From the NCBI RefSeq assembly GCF_018977255.1, contig NW_024704742.1, forward strand, positions 59,336,001 through 59,400,000: a DNA stretch of 64,000 nucleotides, given 5' to 3'. The notes beneath the pieces were generated by a model. That model saw nothing but the letters and a program-made list of their open reading frames with translations. It had not been told where the DNA came from and searched no databases. The DNA is from Callorhinchus milii. Its lineage: Eukaryota. A program made the translations under genes and the position numbers. This document shows, one piece after another, positions 51,122 through 63,245 of the stretch (position 1 is its first letter; each line of letters begins with the position of its first letter).

Positions 51122-54035
51122 CAATACTACTACTTGTATTTGAGATAGTGCCTTATCACATTGTGAAAAATCTCAAAGCACTTCACATGGTTTATTGTAA
51201 AATTTGGGACTATATTTTTAGGCAAATGTACAATTCTAAATGTAGAATTGTGGAGCAAGGAAAGATCCCTTTTGCTGTTCCAAGTCACATTTATTTGAAG
51301 GACTATTTTTGTCTGACCAGCACACTATGTTACAAACAATCTGGTGATATCTTCAAGAACCTGTTGGAGCCTTTCACTAAAAATGGATCACATTGGGACT
51401 TGTCATCACATATTATAAGCTGACACTCCAATGCTGTACTGGGGGGTGTTGAATTGTCAGCCGTGCCATCCTTCAGAAGGGATGTTAAACTGAGGTCCAA
51501 ATACTTGTTCAGGTGGATATCAAAGATCCCATGGCACTATTCGAAAAGAGAAGGGAGTTTCTCCCAATGTACTCGCCAACAAATCCCCCAAAGTAAAATT
51601 GGTCATTCACTCCATGGCTGTTTGTGGGACATTGCTATGTGCCACTGGCTATCCCATTTCACTCACAAAATAAACAGTCAATCCATTTTATAATATGTCC
51701 TGTGAAGTGCTTTGAGATCTGATAATACATTATATCAAATGCAAGGATTATTCTTATTCATATTTAAGATGAACATTTCAAAAAGAAAAAGAGGGAATCG
51801 GCCAAATATTGAGGTATGAACTTATTATTAATTATTTTTGGGTGTACACAACCTTCTCCCTTGCATCTTCACAGTGGTTTAACCAAAAAACCCATAGAAA
51901 CCAACCTCCTAAACCTACCCGATGGAGGCGACAATACCTCTTCAATAATGATCAAAAAGTTCAAACAACACATCACCTTCTTTTCATTTCTCAGTTTATG
52001 TTCAAAGATAAAGGAAATCCACTGAAATTAATTGACTTTGACTTAAATTGCACATTACTTTGGAGCTTTGAATTCAATTTTAAAAGCTTTCTTTTATGGA
52101 AAGAAAAATAAATGCCTGGAGTATGATTAAAGATTTGTCTTGCAATTTGAAGGTTTACAATGTCTTTCTTCATCAGTGAGATACTTGGCTGATGTGAAAC
52201 TTTGAAATGTAAAATAGTGCCTTCAATTTAATGCAGTGACCACACAGGAGGCTCACTGAACATGCAAAACAGATGCACTTGCACATCTTTGTTTTGTATC
52301 ATAGCATCAGTAGCCAAACTTTCAGGAATTAATGTTCTCTGATGATTTACTAATCATCTTCCCACTCATCTCACAAGAGAATGTTAGGGATTGAGGAACT
52401 AAAGTTGCTCTCAATAGTTTGTTGATTGATCGCTCTTGTGATTACACGGTTATGTGATTGGATAGAAAGCATGTTATAACAATAAGGTTGCAACGTTGAG
52501 CTGCAACTTGTTATTTAGACATGTTATATAAAATATCTACTAGGGTATTAGATTATGTTTGGAGACTGAGAGGAAATCAAGGCCTGCCTCCTCATGGAGA
52601 AATGTTGTGGAGTTGAGACATGATAAGAATTGTGTTAACTTTCAGACAACTCATAAAACTTCTCAATGCATGGAAATACACAGTAAACCAATTAATTAGT
52701 GTCTAAATTAAAAATTTAGGTTATTTTTAATATGTGTGACTCTTTATGAAATCGTTGATTTTGCATGAAAAGTATCAGGAAATTTCCTGTTTGCATTTTT
52801 TTTTAGATTTCAAGCATTCTTAATCTCTCATATTGGCATACTTTTGCTTTTCTTCTATGAATACTGTTTCGATTAGTTTGTTGACTCTGTGTAGGATCAC
52901 AGCTTTGAATAGAGAGAGACAAGTGATTCCCATACAGGTTCAAAGTAAGTGAATGAATCAAAGAGTCATTCCAGTGGACACACCCAATTTGAAAGTCATT
53001 TACTTATCTAATGTGTTGACATGGCGCATTAAAGCAGAGAGAAACCACTGCTCTTAAAATATGCTCTGACCTGTATTGAAAACACCTGGTCCATAGTTTA
53101 GCTTTCATGCACAATTAAAAATAGAGTATAGCCTATACAACACTCCTATGTGGTTTGGGGGTGTACAGCATTGGATTGCTGGCAGTGCATTTCTTTGGAT
53201 AAAAAAACAAGGTCCTTTCTGTCTGTTCGGGCAAATGTTCAAATCCTATAGCACTGTTTGAAAAGAGAAGGGAATTTCTCCTACTGCCCTGATCAACAAT
53301 CTTCCAAATAAAATTAATCATTCACTCCATTGATGTGTGCATGTTGGCTGCCACATTCACCCACAAAATACAGTCACACCACATTACAGAATATCCTGTA
53401 AAGATGACATGATATGGGCTACTTTGAATGCAAATATTATGATTATTATTATAACTAGTGAGTGTCATATCCCTGCTTGGACAACACCTGCAAACAAAGG
53501 TCTGCAGTAGTGAGTTGTTAGCAATGAGTGTAAGTATGCTTCATGTTTGTGAACATATCTCTGTCTTCTGTTTATTCTGTCACCTAAATCACGAAATATC
53601 TCAGAAATCAGAAGTGAACCAAGGAGTGTCTTCTCAAAGAGGACACTATGTATCTCTTAGTGAATTAAAAGACAATGTCCAAATGAAGAATTTAGATGTT
53701 GCCAAACACAAACAAGGAAATAATCTTTAAATAAAATTGATACCACTGGACATAGTTTCAATTTGCACCAGTAGAGGAGTCAGTGACTAAGCAACACAAA
53801 TATGAGAAAGTCACAAGAAGAGCTAAAGGAGAGATTTGAAGATTTTGTTTTAACTCAGAGAGTTGTTGGGATGAGGAATGCCCTATTAAATATAGAGGTA
53901 GAGACATAATCCATTCAGGAGTTGAAGTAGACAGGTATTTGCAAGCCAGAAGCTTGAAAGCGTATAAAATAGTGTAGGGCAGTGGGACTGAATGAACACT
54001 TTGCTCTGAGACCCAGTGCACACTAGATGAGCCAG

Positions 54036-54355
54036 ATAATAATAATAATAATCCTTGCATTTGATATAGCGCTTTTCACGTCGGGAGAACGTCCCAAAGC
54101 GCTTCACAGAACACACTGTAAAGTGAATTGACTGTATATTTGTAGGCGAACGCGGCAGCCAATTGCGCACAGCAATGTCCCACAAACAGTCATGGATTGA
54201 AAATGACCAAATTATTATTGTTTTGTTTTTTTGGAGGGATTATTATTAGGCGTGTGGAGTAAGGAAACTTCCCCAAGGTTTCGCCCTGCTGGGAATTGAA
54301 CCCAGGTCTCTCACTTGCAAAGCGAGTGCTCTAACCACTGAGCTACAGGATTCCA
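54036..54355 (-). mobile_element. SINE, internally deleted subfamily, inserted in a CR1 3' end
   Basis: Junction CCACACGCCTAATAATAATCCCTCC is shared with 11738-12049(-) and 43948-44198(+). Confidence 0.9.
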
Positions 54356-56137
54356 TGGACTGGACCAAAGAATGGACCAAAGATGGCATCCTGTTGTGCT
54401 GTAAATTTGTATGATTTTATAATCAGTGATGATATTAGTCAAGTGCAGTATAATTAACATGAATTAGTCATCAAATTAGTTCCAGGGTTATATTGGTTGT
54501 TATTTTGTTTTTCTACTGAATTGTGTTATCCAAATGAAGCATTCAATGTAGTGGTGTCTTCATTAGGGCTGATTTTGCACTTCTTGTACTTAGATATTTC
54601 AAAAGCAATAAAATGAAAGCAAAATGTACCCTATAGTTTCACTGTGTGACTATAACTCTGCTTTTTCTTTCTCATTACGCTTTATAGATGTGTTTTAAAT
54701 AAACATGATCCCATCGGAATTGATTTATAATACGTGGTTTCGAGAATCCTAATGAGATCTCCTGACATAAATAGCAAGTGAGAATGAAGAATTACTGCAA
54801 GTGTAAAAATTAGCCCCAAACATGCCTGAAATTGGTTGATAATGATAAATTGATGAGCAGAAAATGTAAGTCTTTGCACAACATTGTCATAATGTTGCTG
54901 AATCTTAATTCAGGCTTTTCTTTTGCTAATTCCTGCGCTATATCTTGTCGCGTCACTCATGCTTTGTTAAAAAAAATGGTCTGTGTCATTTAGGTTAATG
55001 AACTTCTGGCTTCCGCAAATTATCAAACAGAGTTAGTATTGTCAACACTGTGAATTTATTACTCCATAATCTGGGATATTAATACGGTCAATTTAGGTAC
55101 AGGAAAGCACATCTTTTAAATTGGGAAAAATCCTGGAAATTACAAGTCACATGAGTTATCCTGGTGCAAATTCCCTTTAAAAAGCTTTGCGTTATCAGGA
55201 ATATGCACTCCAGACAAAATATTTGTGCTCATAACCAAAAAGTCTAAGGTTCTGGCTGCTTCTCAAGTACCCTATTGAGTGATAATGATGATGGCAATAG
55301 GCAGACTGAGCCTGCCGCAATTATGATAATCGCTGAGAGCATGGGTTCTTTTACGAATTAAACTCTAAACAACACTCTGGGGTTTAACTCTTTGAACACA
55401 TGGGGAATTATTTTAACAATCACTGTTTACCATACAACAACAACAACAACAACTTGCATTTATACAGCGTCCTTCATAAAGGGCAGCGTCTCAGAGCACT
55501 TAACAGCTTGATGCTTGATAGCTTGATGCCGAGCTGGTCGGAGGGAAGAGATGACCGTAAACACGATCGAAGAGGAAGGTCGTTAGTCATGATCTAAAAG
55601 AAGGAAAGGAAGGGCAAGGTGGAGGGATTGGGGGAAAGACAGTTCCAAAGCTTTGGGGCTCAGTGGCTGAAAGACCCATACATAGACCCTGAGGATGGTT
55701 CAAGTCAACAGCAAGGCTTTAATTTGATTGAGGAACTTCTGCTGGCCTCATACTCTTAAGAGTAAAGTTTGAATGGTTTATGGACTGCCTCTAAATCACC
55801 ATATCAAATTACAGTCTTTCAGTTGATATCCAGTAGTTTATATACTGTAGTTTCATTGCAACTGAGTACAATTGAGTACGCAAGTAAGAGTGATTCTCAA
55901 ATTATTTTTTTCAGGTATCATCTTAACTTAGTTGGTAGCACTATTACCTCCAAGTCAAAATTTGTGGGTTCCACGCTGCAGGTCCAAACTTTTAACTCAC
56001 ATTTTCTAGGAACTGACCTGCAATGGTGTAGATGTGCTGCATTGCCAAAGGTGCTGTCTTTTGGTTCAGAAGCTAAACCAAGGCCCGGACTGCCTGTTCA
56101 AGCACAAATTAAAGATCCCATGGCTCCTTTCAAAAAG

Positions 56138-56698
56138 CATTTTTGCAACTTGCATTTTTTGTAGCACCCTTCATGGAAGAATTATCTCGGAGGGCTTCAC
56201 AATAACGTGGCTTGGGGCTGAGCCCAAAAGAGAGGAAAGGTGGCCAAAGTTACAGTCGAAGAGGAAAGCCTTCAGGTGTGATTTGAAGACAGGTAAAGAG
56301 GGGGCAAGATGGAGGGATTGAGACACAAAATTCCAGAGATTTTGGGCATAGTGGCTGAAAATACTTGTAGAGCAGGGCAGATGAGGGATGTGCAGAAGAC
56401 CTGAGCTAGCTGAGCAAAGGTAGCAGATCAGAGAGGTAGGGAGGTGAAGATATTTGGAAGTAAGAGTGAGGATCTTGAAATTGATCTGGTCTGTAACAGA
56501 GAGCCAGTGGAGTCTGGCAAGAATTGGGGTGATGATGGTAGAGCCTGGGATGCAGGTAAGTCATAGGCAGCAGAGTTTTGAATCTCTGGACCATGTTAAT
56601 AGTGGAGCTGGGGAGACTGGTGAAGAGTGCATTGAAAAAATTGAGGCGGGAGGTGACAAAAGCATGAATGAGAGTTTAACAAGGTTTCAAGTAAGTTA
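56138..56698 (-). mobile_element. Degraded L2 3' fragment nested in a Deu SINE (55915-56890)
   Basis: L2 3'-like sequence between Deu halves GATCCCATGG..TTCAAAAAG and GGGAGTTTCTCCC. Confidence 0.75.
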
Positions 56699-57897
56699 GG
56701 GAGTTTCTCCCAGTGTCCTACCCAACAATTCCCCAGAAAAATTGATCATTCACTTCATGGCTGTTTATGGGTCATTGCTTTGCACAAATTGACTACTGCA
56801 TTTTGTCTACCAATTATAAATTTGTGTGATACATTTTGAGTCATCTTCCCAATGTGAAAATTGCTGTATTAAATCCAAGGATAATTATTATTATATTGAT
56901 TCAAAATTGTGACCAATTATTGGAATGTCACTTTTACAGAATGCAGATCCATGACTGGAAATAATTTACAATTAGAAAGCAAAATGTTGTCAGGAATGCC
57001 ATTTTTTTTTGTGCATTATAGTGTTTGCTTGATATATTACCAAAAAATATTAGTCATACATGATTTGTGAGAAAGAACATAAGTCCAAATCATGGAAGCT
57101 CAAAAGACATTCAAATGGTTAATATTTTGTGCAAGGATTTTTTCAGCCTCCAATGTGCTAACAATTATTGCTTTCTGTATTGGAATTCTCTGTCATCTGA
57201 ACGGAACTGTTCTCATAAGGAGCTAAATAAATGGTGGGTTTTTTATTTGAACTGGTTTCCCTTCATAACTTCAGCTCTTCAGGCCTTGACACAGATGAAC
57301 ATTGGAGCTTTATAAAATAAAGCAAATATATCTGTTGGAATGGGCTTGGTGCAGCAAGTTAATGAGGGAAATCCGAAGCTAAGTCACCCTGTAAATGTTG
57401 GTTGTGCAGGGTTCTGCAAGCCATGGTCGGGTACAGAACTCATCACATTTGAACCTGTGTGACACACTATCGAGAAAAGAGAGCCAACTTGATGGTGAAG
57501 TCTTATGAAAACGATGAACAAGGTAGGGCATTGGGAAATATGTTCTCTTGCATAGATTGTCAATTTTATATTAAAGATCAATGTAACTTGCAGCTTGCTA
57601 TACCACATTTTTCACCCACAATGTTTCATGCAGTGAATTTGTGATCTGGATTGTAACATCAAAGGGAAATGTCAGGTAGAGTCCAAGCTCTCCCATGCAA
57701 GTTAATGAGAGCAATTAGAAGTTGAGTCACCTTCAAGTGAATCTCTCATCAAATGGCATCATAGTAGCATTGGCAGAAGGAAACCAATGAGGAGGAAATA
57801 TCTGAAATGTAATAATGTAACATACATATCAAAATGATTCGCAAGGACCACCGCTAAGTAGATGGAGAGAACCAATGTGCTTTATAAGTGCACTTAC

Positions 57898-58138
57898 AAG
57901 GCAAAGTCTTTGCATATGATACTGAAGTTGGTGTGAGTGGTTTACTCCATGTTGATCAGATATTGTAACAATCATTAAGAATGGCACTTGCTCAGTAAAG
58001 AGTTGTGGTATGTGTGTAAACAGAGTAAGAATCCCAGTGCTTCAAACATTTCAAGGTGGTGACCACAGGGTCAAGTTTGTTGGTTGGGTTAGCAGCCATG
58101 TGCAAGTATTGTGAATTAGATTAACCATGTGCAAACAT
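57898..58138 (-). pseudogene. Candidate exon G of the cryptic gene (phase 0 to 1)
   Basis: Donor GTAAGT; the pyrimidine tract ends in CAA rather than CAG. Translation MFAHG*SNSQYLHMAANPTNKLDPVVTTLKCLKHWDSYSVYTHTTTLY*ASAILNDCYNI*STWSKPLTPTSVSYAKTLP. Confidence 0.35.
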
Positions 58139-58439
58139 TTGTAATGAAAGAATTATAGGTACGATAAATTATGTAAAAAAATATAGGTGATTACTGAATC
58201 ACCTGTAGTCCAGTGCACTGCTTGCTCATTTCTTTATTGGGTTATCAAATGAACCCACAATTCAGAGGCAGTGTATCATTACATCTATTACAGAGGCAGT
58301 GTAATGATAACATATGCAGCCTTAATGTTGCTGACCGGTGTTTAACATTTCATGGAAAAAAAAATCAGATGAAATGGGCAAGAAACATAGACACATTTGG
58401 TCCAAACTTCATCCTTCGAAAGATGGAAGGATGAAGTTC

Positions 58440-58758
58440 CCTCCATTCAGCTGGCTCTGGCCTGCTCCACGTACCCCGACCCACCCCATCATTGGCGGGC
58501 GAGCCTTCAGCCACACTGCCCCCAACCTCTGGAATTCCATCCTCCAGTCACTCCGTCTCGCCCCCTCCTTAGCCTCCTTCAAGTCCCACCTCAAAACCCT
58601 GCTCTTCAACCATGCCATCGGCCACCCCCCTCCCCTCCCCTCCCTTCTCCCCCCCTGACCCAGTTTGGGTCTGAAATGCTGTACACTGTCCAGCTTCTTG
58701 TGACGTCCTCCTGACATGAAAGGCACTATACAAATGTAATCGTGTTGTGTTATTGTTG
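58440..58758 (+). mobile_element. L2 3' fragment
   Basis: IGGRAFSHTAPNLWNS motif, stem-loop and tail. Similar short 3' ends lie at 7086-7259(+), 21840-22055(-), 39720-39900(-), 55433-55680(-), 59165-59320(+), 60785-61045(-) and 63340-63810(-). Confidence 0.85.
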
Positions 58759-61700
58759 AAACACCATAGCTGATATGAAAGAGCAGTGGAAGAAGATTTA
58801 TACATTATTTTATTCAAATTAACATATTTCTGTGTTGCCATTAAACTGCATTAAGCCACAACTTTCTCTTAGCATCAGCAATAGGATTGTGCAAAGAGAT
58901 CCTGGCCAATGTTTGTTAACAAACTGCAGAAATCAGAATACTATTCATCCTCATATTTGATATTGCATCTTATTATTTTGAAATAGTCCTTCACAGAGTT
59001 TAATTGACTGTAGTGTAGTGTCTGTGTATTTGCAGGTGACTGTAACAGTGAATTTTCACATTACTATGCCCCACAAACAACCATGAAGTGAACTGTCAAT
59101 GTTATCTGGACGATTGTTGGCCATAACAGTGGGAGAAACATAATTCTCTGTAAGAATTATGGCACCTTTGGTCACCCTCCAACCCTTACCCTCCCTGCCC
59201 TCCACCCCTCCTGATCCCAAACCCCAGCTGGGTTCCATATCCCTAACTGTCCAGCGCGTTGGGCAGTTTCACTAACATAAAAGGCGCAATACAAACATAA
59301 TTTGATGCTGTTGTTGTTGAATAGTATCATGAGATCTACCTAAAAAGGCAGTCAGGATCTTTCTTTAACATGTTATCTGAAGGATAGCATCTGGGACAAT
59401 GCAGCACTCCCCATGCACTACATTGGAATATCAACCTTGACTATGAGCTCAGTCTTAACATGAGGCTTTAATCTACACCCTTCTACCTCAGAGGTGAGAG
59501 TGCTACCAACTGTACCAGGCAGACTTATCACATTATTCCTGGTTATGGATGGAAAGAGGGCAAACAGAATCACTCAACCTTGTAATGCTCTTTCAAAACG
59601 ACACGACTCTGAGAAGCAAAACAGCAGAAAGCAAGTTCCCTATCAACACACATTATCTAATTTATGTTCAGTAAATTATGTAATGGGGTATGTATAGGTA
59701 AGCAGGATCCTCTTGGAGCTGAGTTGGCTCCAAGCTGACATGCTGGACAACAAAACATACAAATTGAGTCAACCCTTTGTGACGGTATTGGTAATCTGGT
59801 TCCCGACGGGTTTACAGTACTTCAGGGCACTGCTGATGACAGGCAACCGGCCTGGTTCATTGGTAGGATTTAAGAGGCAGACCAATCATTGGGAGCAGGG
59901 AGTTTTCTCACTCAGCTTCAGTGAACCCTACATGAACCCTAACTATTTGGTAAGTTGGTCCCAACTGGATAAGCAGCAGGAAGCTTGTGAGACAGTGCTT
60001 TCAATGGCAAGCTAAGTTGTTTTATCTGGTTACATTTCAGCAATATCCCAACATACATTCTGCAGCCTGAAGACTATTTTTTGCAAACTACGCTAATATT
60101 CTTTAGAATTAGGTAAACCTCTGGAGAGAGAATGTACATTCTATTCAAGATACAGGGACATTTTCATGTGTAAGTGGCATACTTAAGCAGAATTGTTAGT
60201 CTGGTTTGGGCACTCTTAATCTTGGTGATTGGTTTCCACATGTGTCAGACACTTGGCGGAACAAAAATATAAAAGTGGCCTAAAACAGAAAATTTATTAA
60301 CTGTATTTTTATTGGTAAATTGGATGCCACCTACAAATGGAAATTACCCTGTGCCTGGAATTAATGGATAACTGTTAAATCAGGGAATTATGTACAATAT
60401 ACTTAAGTTGTTTATTTTCTAATTTGAGCCGACAAAGCGTTCCATATGAATTACTTGACCTCCTATATGTTGCTCAAGTATCACATGTAATTTTAAACAG
60501 TAAGTGTCAGCAGGCTAAATAGCTGAGCGGACACCAGAGCCATGCCTACACCTTTGAGATTTAAGTTAGAGTATATTGAGTAATCAATAATTTCAGACAC
60601 ATCTAGGCAGCAGGGCAAGATCTCACATGCTCAGAGCTGTGAAAAGCAATTTTAGGGCAGACAACATTGAGCATTTCTTTACATAGAAGGCAATCAAAAT
60701 AGTTTGAACAGGTTACCGGGGAGGATAGTGGAGATCATTGATACAGACTAATTTAAGGAACTGTATGAAGTCATAATGGGATACAATACAAAATTACATT
60801 TGTAAAGCACCTTTCACATCGAGAGGCCATCCCAAGCTGCTGTACAGTCAGGGATTTGGACCTGAGCGGTGGAGGAGTAGAGGTAAGGGAGGGTAGGAGG
60901 GTGGCTGAAGGCATGGTCGAAAAGTAGGCAAGAGAGGGAGGCATAGGGAATGTTGGAAGGAGTTCCAAAGGGTGGGGGCAGAGAGGCTGAAGGCCCAACC
61001 GCCGATCGTGGGGTGGGCTGAAGCCTGCTGAGCAGAGGGATTGACACAGGGTGAGTATTCTGGAAAGATCAGGTGGTCCTTAATTGTATCCCTCCCTTGA
61101 TCTCTTAACTAGTCAAAGATTACGAGCAAGATTTCAGGCTGATTTGTTCCTCTCTCTTGGGGCAATGAAATTCAATTGTAATGAACCAACTATTGCCTGG
61201 TAGAGTTCAGTCAACACAGCAGGAACAAGAGATAAAAGGCAGGGATTTTGCTGGTGCAGATCACACTGTGCAATGCCTTTAGCAACTTATTTCTCAAGGA
61301 AGGCTGATTGACTATCCTTGATAAATCATAAACACAGTCATTTGTAGAATACTTTATTTGCAATAAGAAATGCATAAAATAATCCCCAATACCAAAGTTT
61401 AGACATTCTGGGGGTGATATGCCAAATCCCAGTTAAGCATAGTCTGCTTTGCAAATGTCATTTATGATGAACAATCCCATTACCTGCACACATTACACAT
61501 ATCCACTAAACATACCAATACAAAGAGCACCGTCCATCACGATGCTCCCTTCTCTAGTTATAAAATATTCAGCCTCCTCTGTGAATAGGCTTTGGAGGGG
61601 AAAGTGCTCCAATACTGCAATGCATATCTTTCAAACAGACTGCACATTAGAAATAGCTGTTCAGTATCCACTTCTTCCTGCTGCAGCGGCCCTTGCACAG

Positions 61701-62872
61701 GTATGCTGCCCGCTTTGTTCATACCTATTGTGGTCATTAATGCCAATCAAATTCTCTCCTGATAAACTCAGTTTAATTCCTGAGCACCGATTCTTTGTTT
61801 AATTCAGAACTAGGGAAATCAATTGCAAGTCCTTCTCAATTTAAAGATCGACGCTTCTTCCTAGAGATTTTTAAAAAAAACACATTCGATTTTGCTGCAG
61901 GTTTAAGCTGAACTTTTCACAACTCAGGAGAAAACTTCTGAAAGGTGACTATGAAAGAAGGGTCATGAGAATTCCCATTTCTCATTACAGTGGCAAGTAA
62001 GCTTTGAAGGGCTACAGACTGTCTGTTCTTCATTAAACATAATTTTAAGTAGTTTTATACCTGAAGTCATAAATAACCTTTGATTTCTCATTTTAAGAGT
62101 CCTTCAGCACCAGTGACCTTTGAAGAATATCTCTGGGCAGTCCCTGAACACCAAGGAACCTAGATATTCCTTGTTTGAAAATGTTTATAATGTTACCACT
62201 TGCTTGGAATACTCTCCCATACTGTAGCAGGCCAAGACATTTCCTCAAGGGTTTAGACACAAGCTTTAGGAATTCTAAGCAGTTGTGTGTGACAGAACTA
62301 GTCTGTGGATGATTTAGTACAGTACCAAACAAATCAATGATGTAGAGCAGATCTCCTTTAATACCTTCAAGCATGCTCTCATTACAAGAGTGGGTAGCGA
62401 TTTTGTTGAACGAGCACACCTATAATTTTTACACCCTACCTCCCATTCATTTTAATGGAGAAAACAGGATATGGATTCTAAACCCTGTGAGAATACTGCA
62501 CCACATTTTCAGGCTCTGAGATGCTATTCCGAATGAAGGGTGCTATATAAATGCAAATTGTTGTTGTTTTACTGTATAAAGTTTGCATGTACTAAACATA
62601 TGCAGAATGCCTTCAAGATACAGGAGGAGAAGATTGAAAGGAAAACAAATAAAATCTATACTTTGTTAAGAGAATTCATACTGAACCTATACCGTTTCTG
62701 CAAAGCATGATTACGATATGCATATAGTTGTTTGGCCCCCAAAGGAACTCTGAGGATCAAAGGGAAAAGATCCAATCAGAAAGGTGCTGTTCTCATTTCT
62801 GGTATTTCTGACAATCTGCTGCACATCAGAAGGTCTACAGTATTAAGTGAGATCTCAGTTTCAGGTGCAATG

Positions 62873-63245
62873 TGGAGTCCTGTAGCTCAGTGGTTTGAGC
62901 ACTCGCCTCGCAAGCGAGAGACCTGGGTTCGATTCCCGGCAAGGCAAAATGTTGGGCAAGTTTCCTTACTCCACACGCCTGTTTACCTTGTAGTAAGTAG
63001 GAATCCAGTTGTTAGTCGATTGGCGGATCACTTTTCCGGAGGTAATAATTTCTTTAAAAAAGCAATAATAAATTGGTCACTTCAATCCATAACTGTTTGT
63101 GGGACACTGCTGTGCGCAATTGGCTGCCACGTTTCACCCACAAAATATACAGTCAATTCACTTTATAGTATATCCTGTGAAGGACTTTGAGACATCTCAA
63201 AGATATGCTAAGATGCTATATGAAACACAAGGATTATTATTATTA
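62873..63245 (+). mobile_element. tRNA-derived SINE: tRNA head + CORE-like segment + Deu 3' segment + L2 tail (long form)
   Basis: A box TAGCTCAGTGG, B box GGTTCGATTCC, CORE-like TTGGGCAAGTTTCCTTAC, Deu-like TGCTGTGCGCAATTGGCTGCC, L2-type stem-loop and (TTA)n tail. Confidence 0.9.

Noticed and set aside
59825..59865. Hammerhead ribozyme in the unclassified repeat (CTGATGA plus stem)
   Set aside because: No GAAA follows the stem, and CTGATGA is not kept in the other copies.
62873..62945. tRNA genes
   Set aside because: A/B-box heads continue into SINE bodies and tails, so they are SINE heads and not stand-alone tRNAs.
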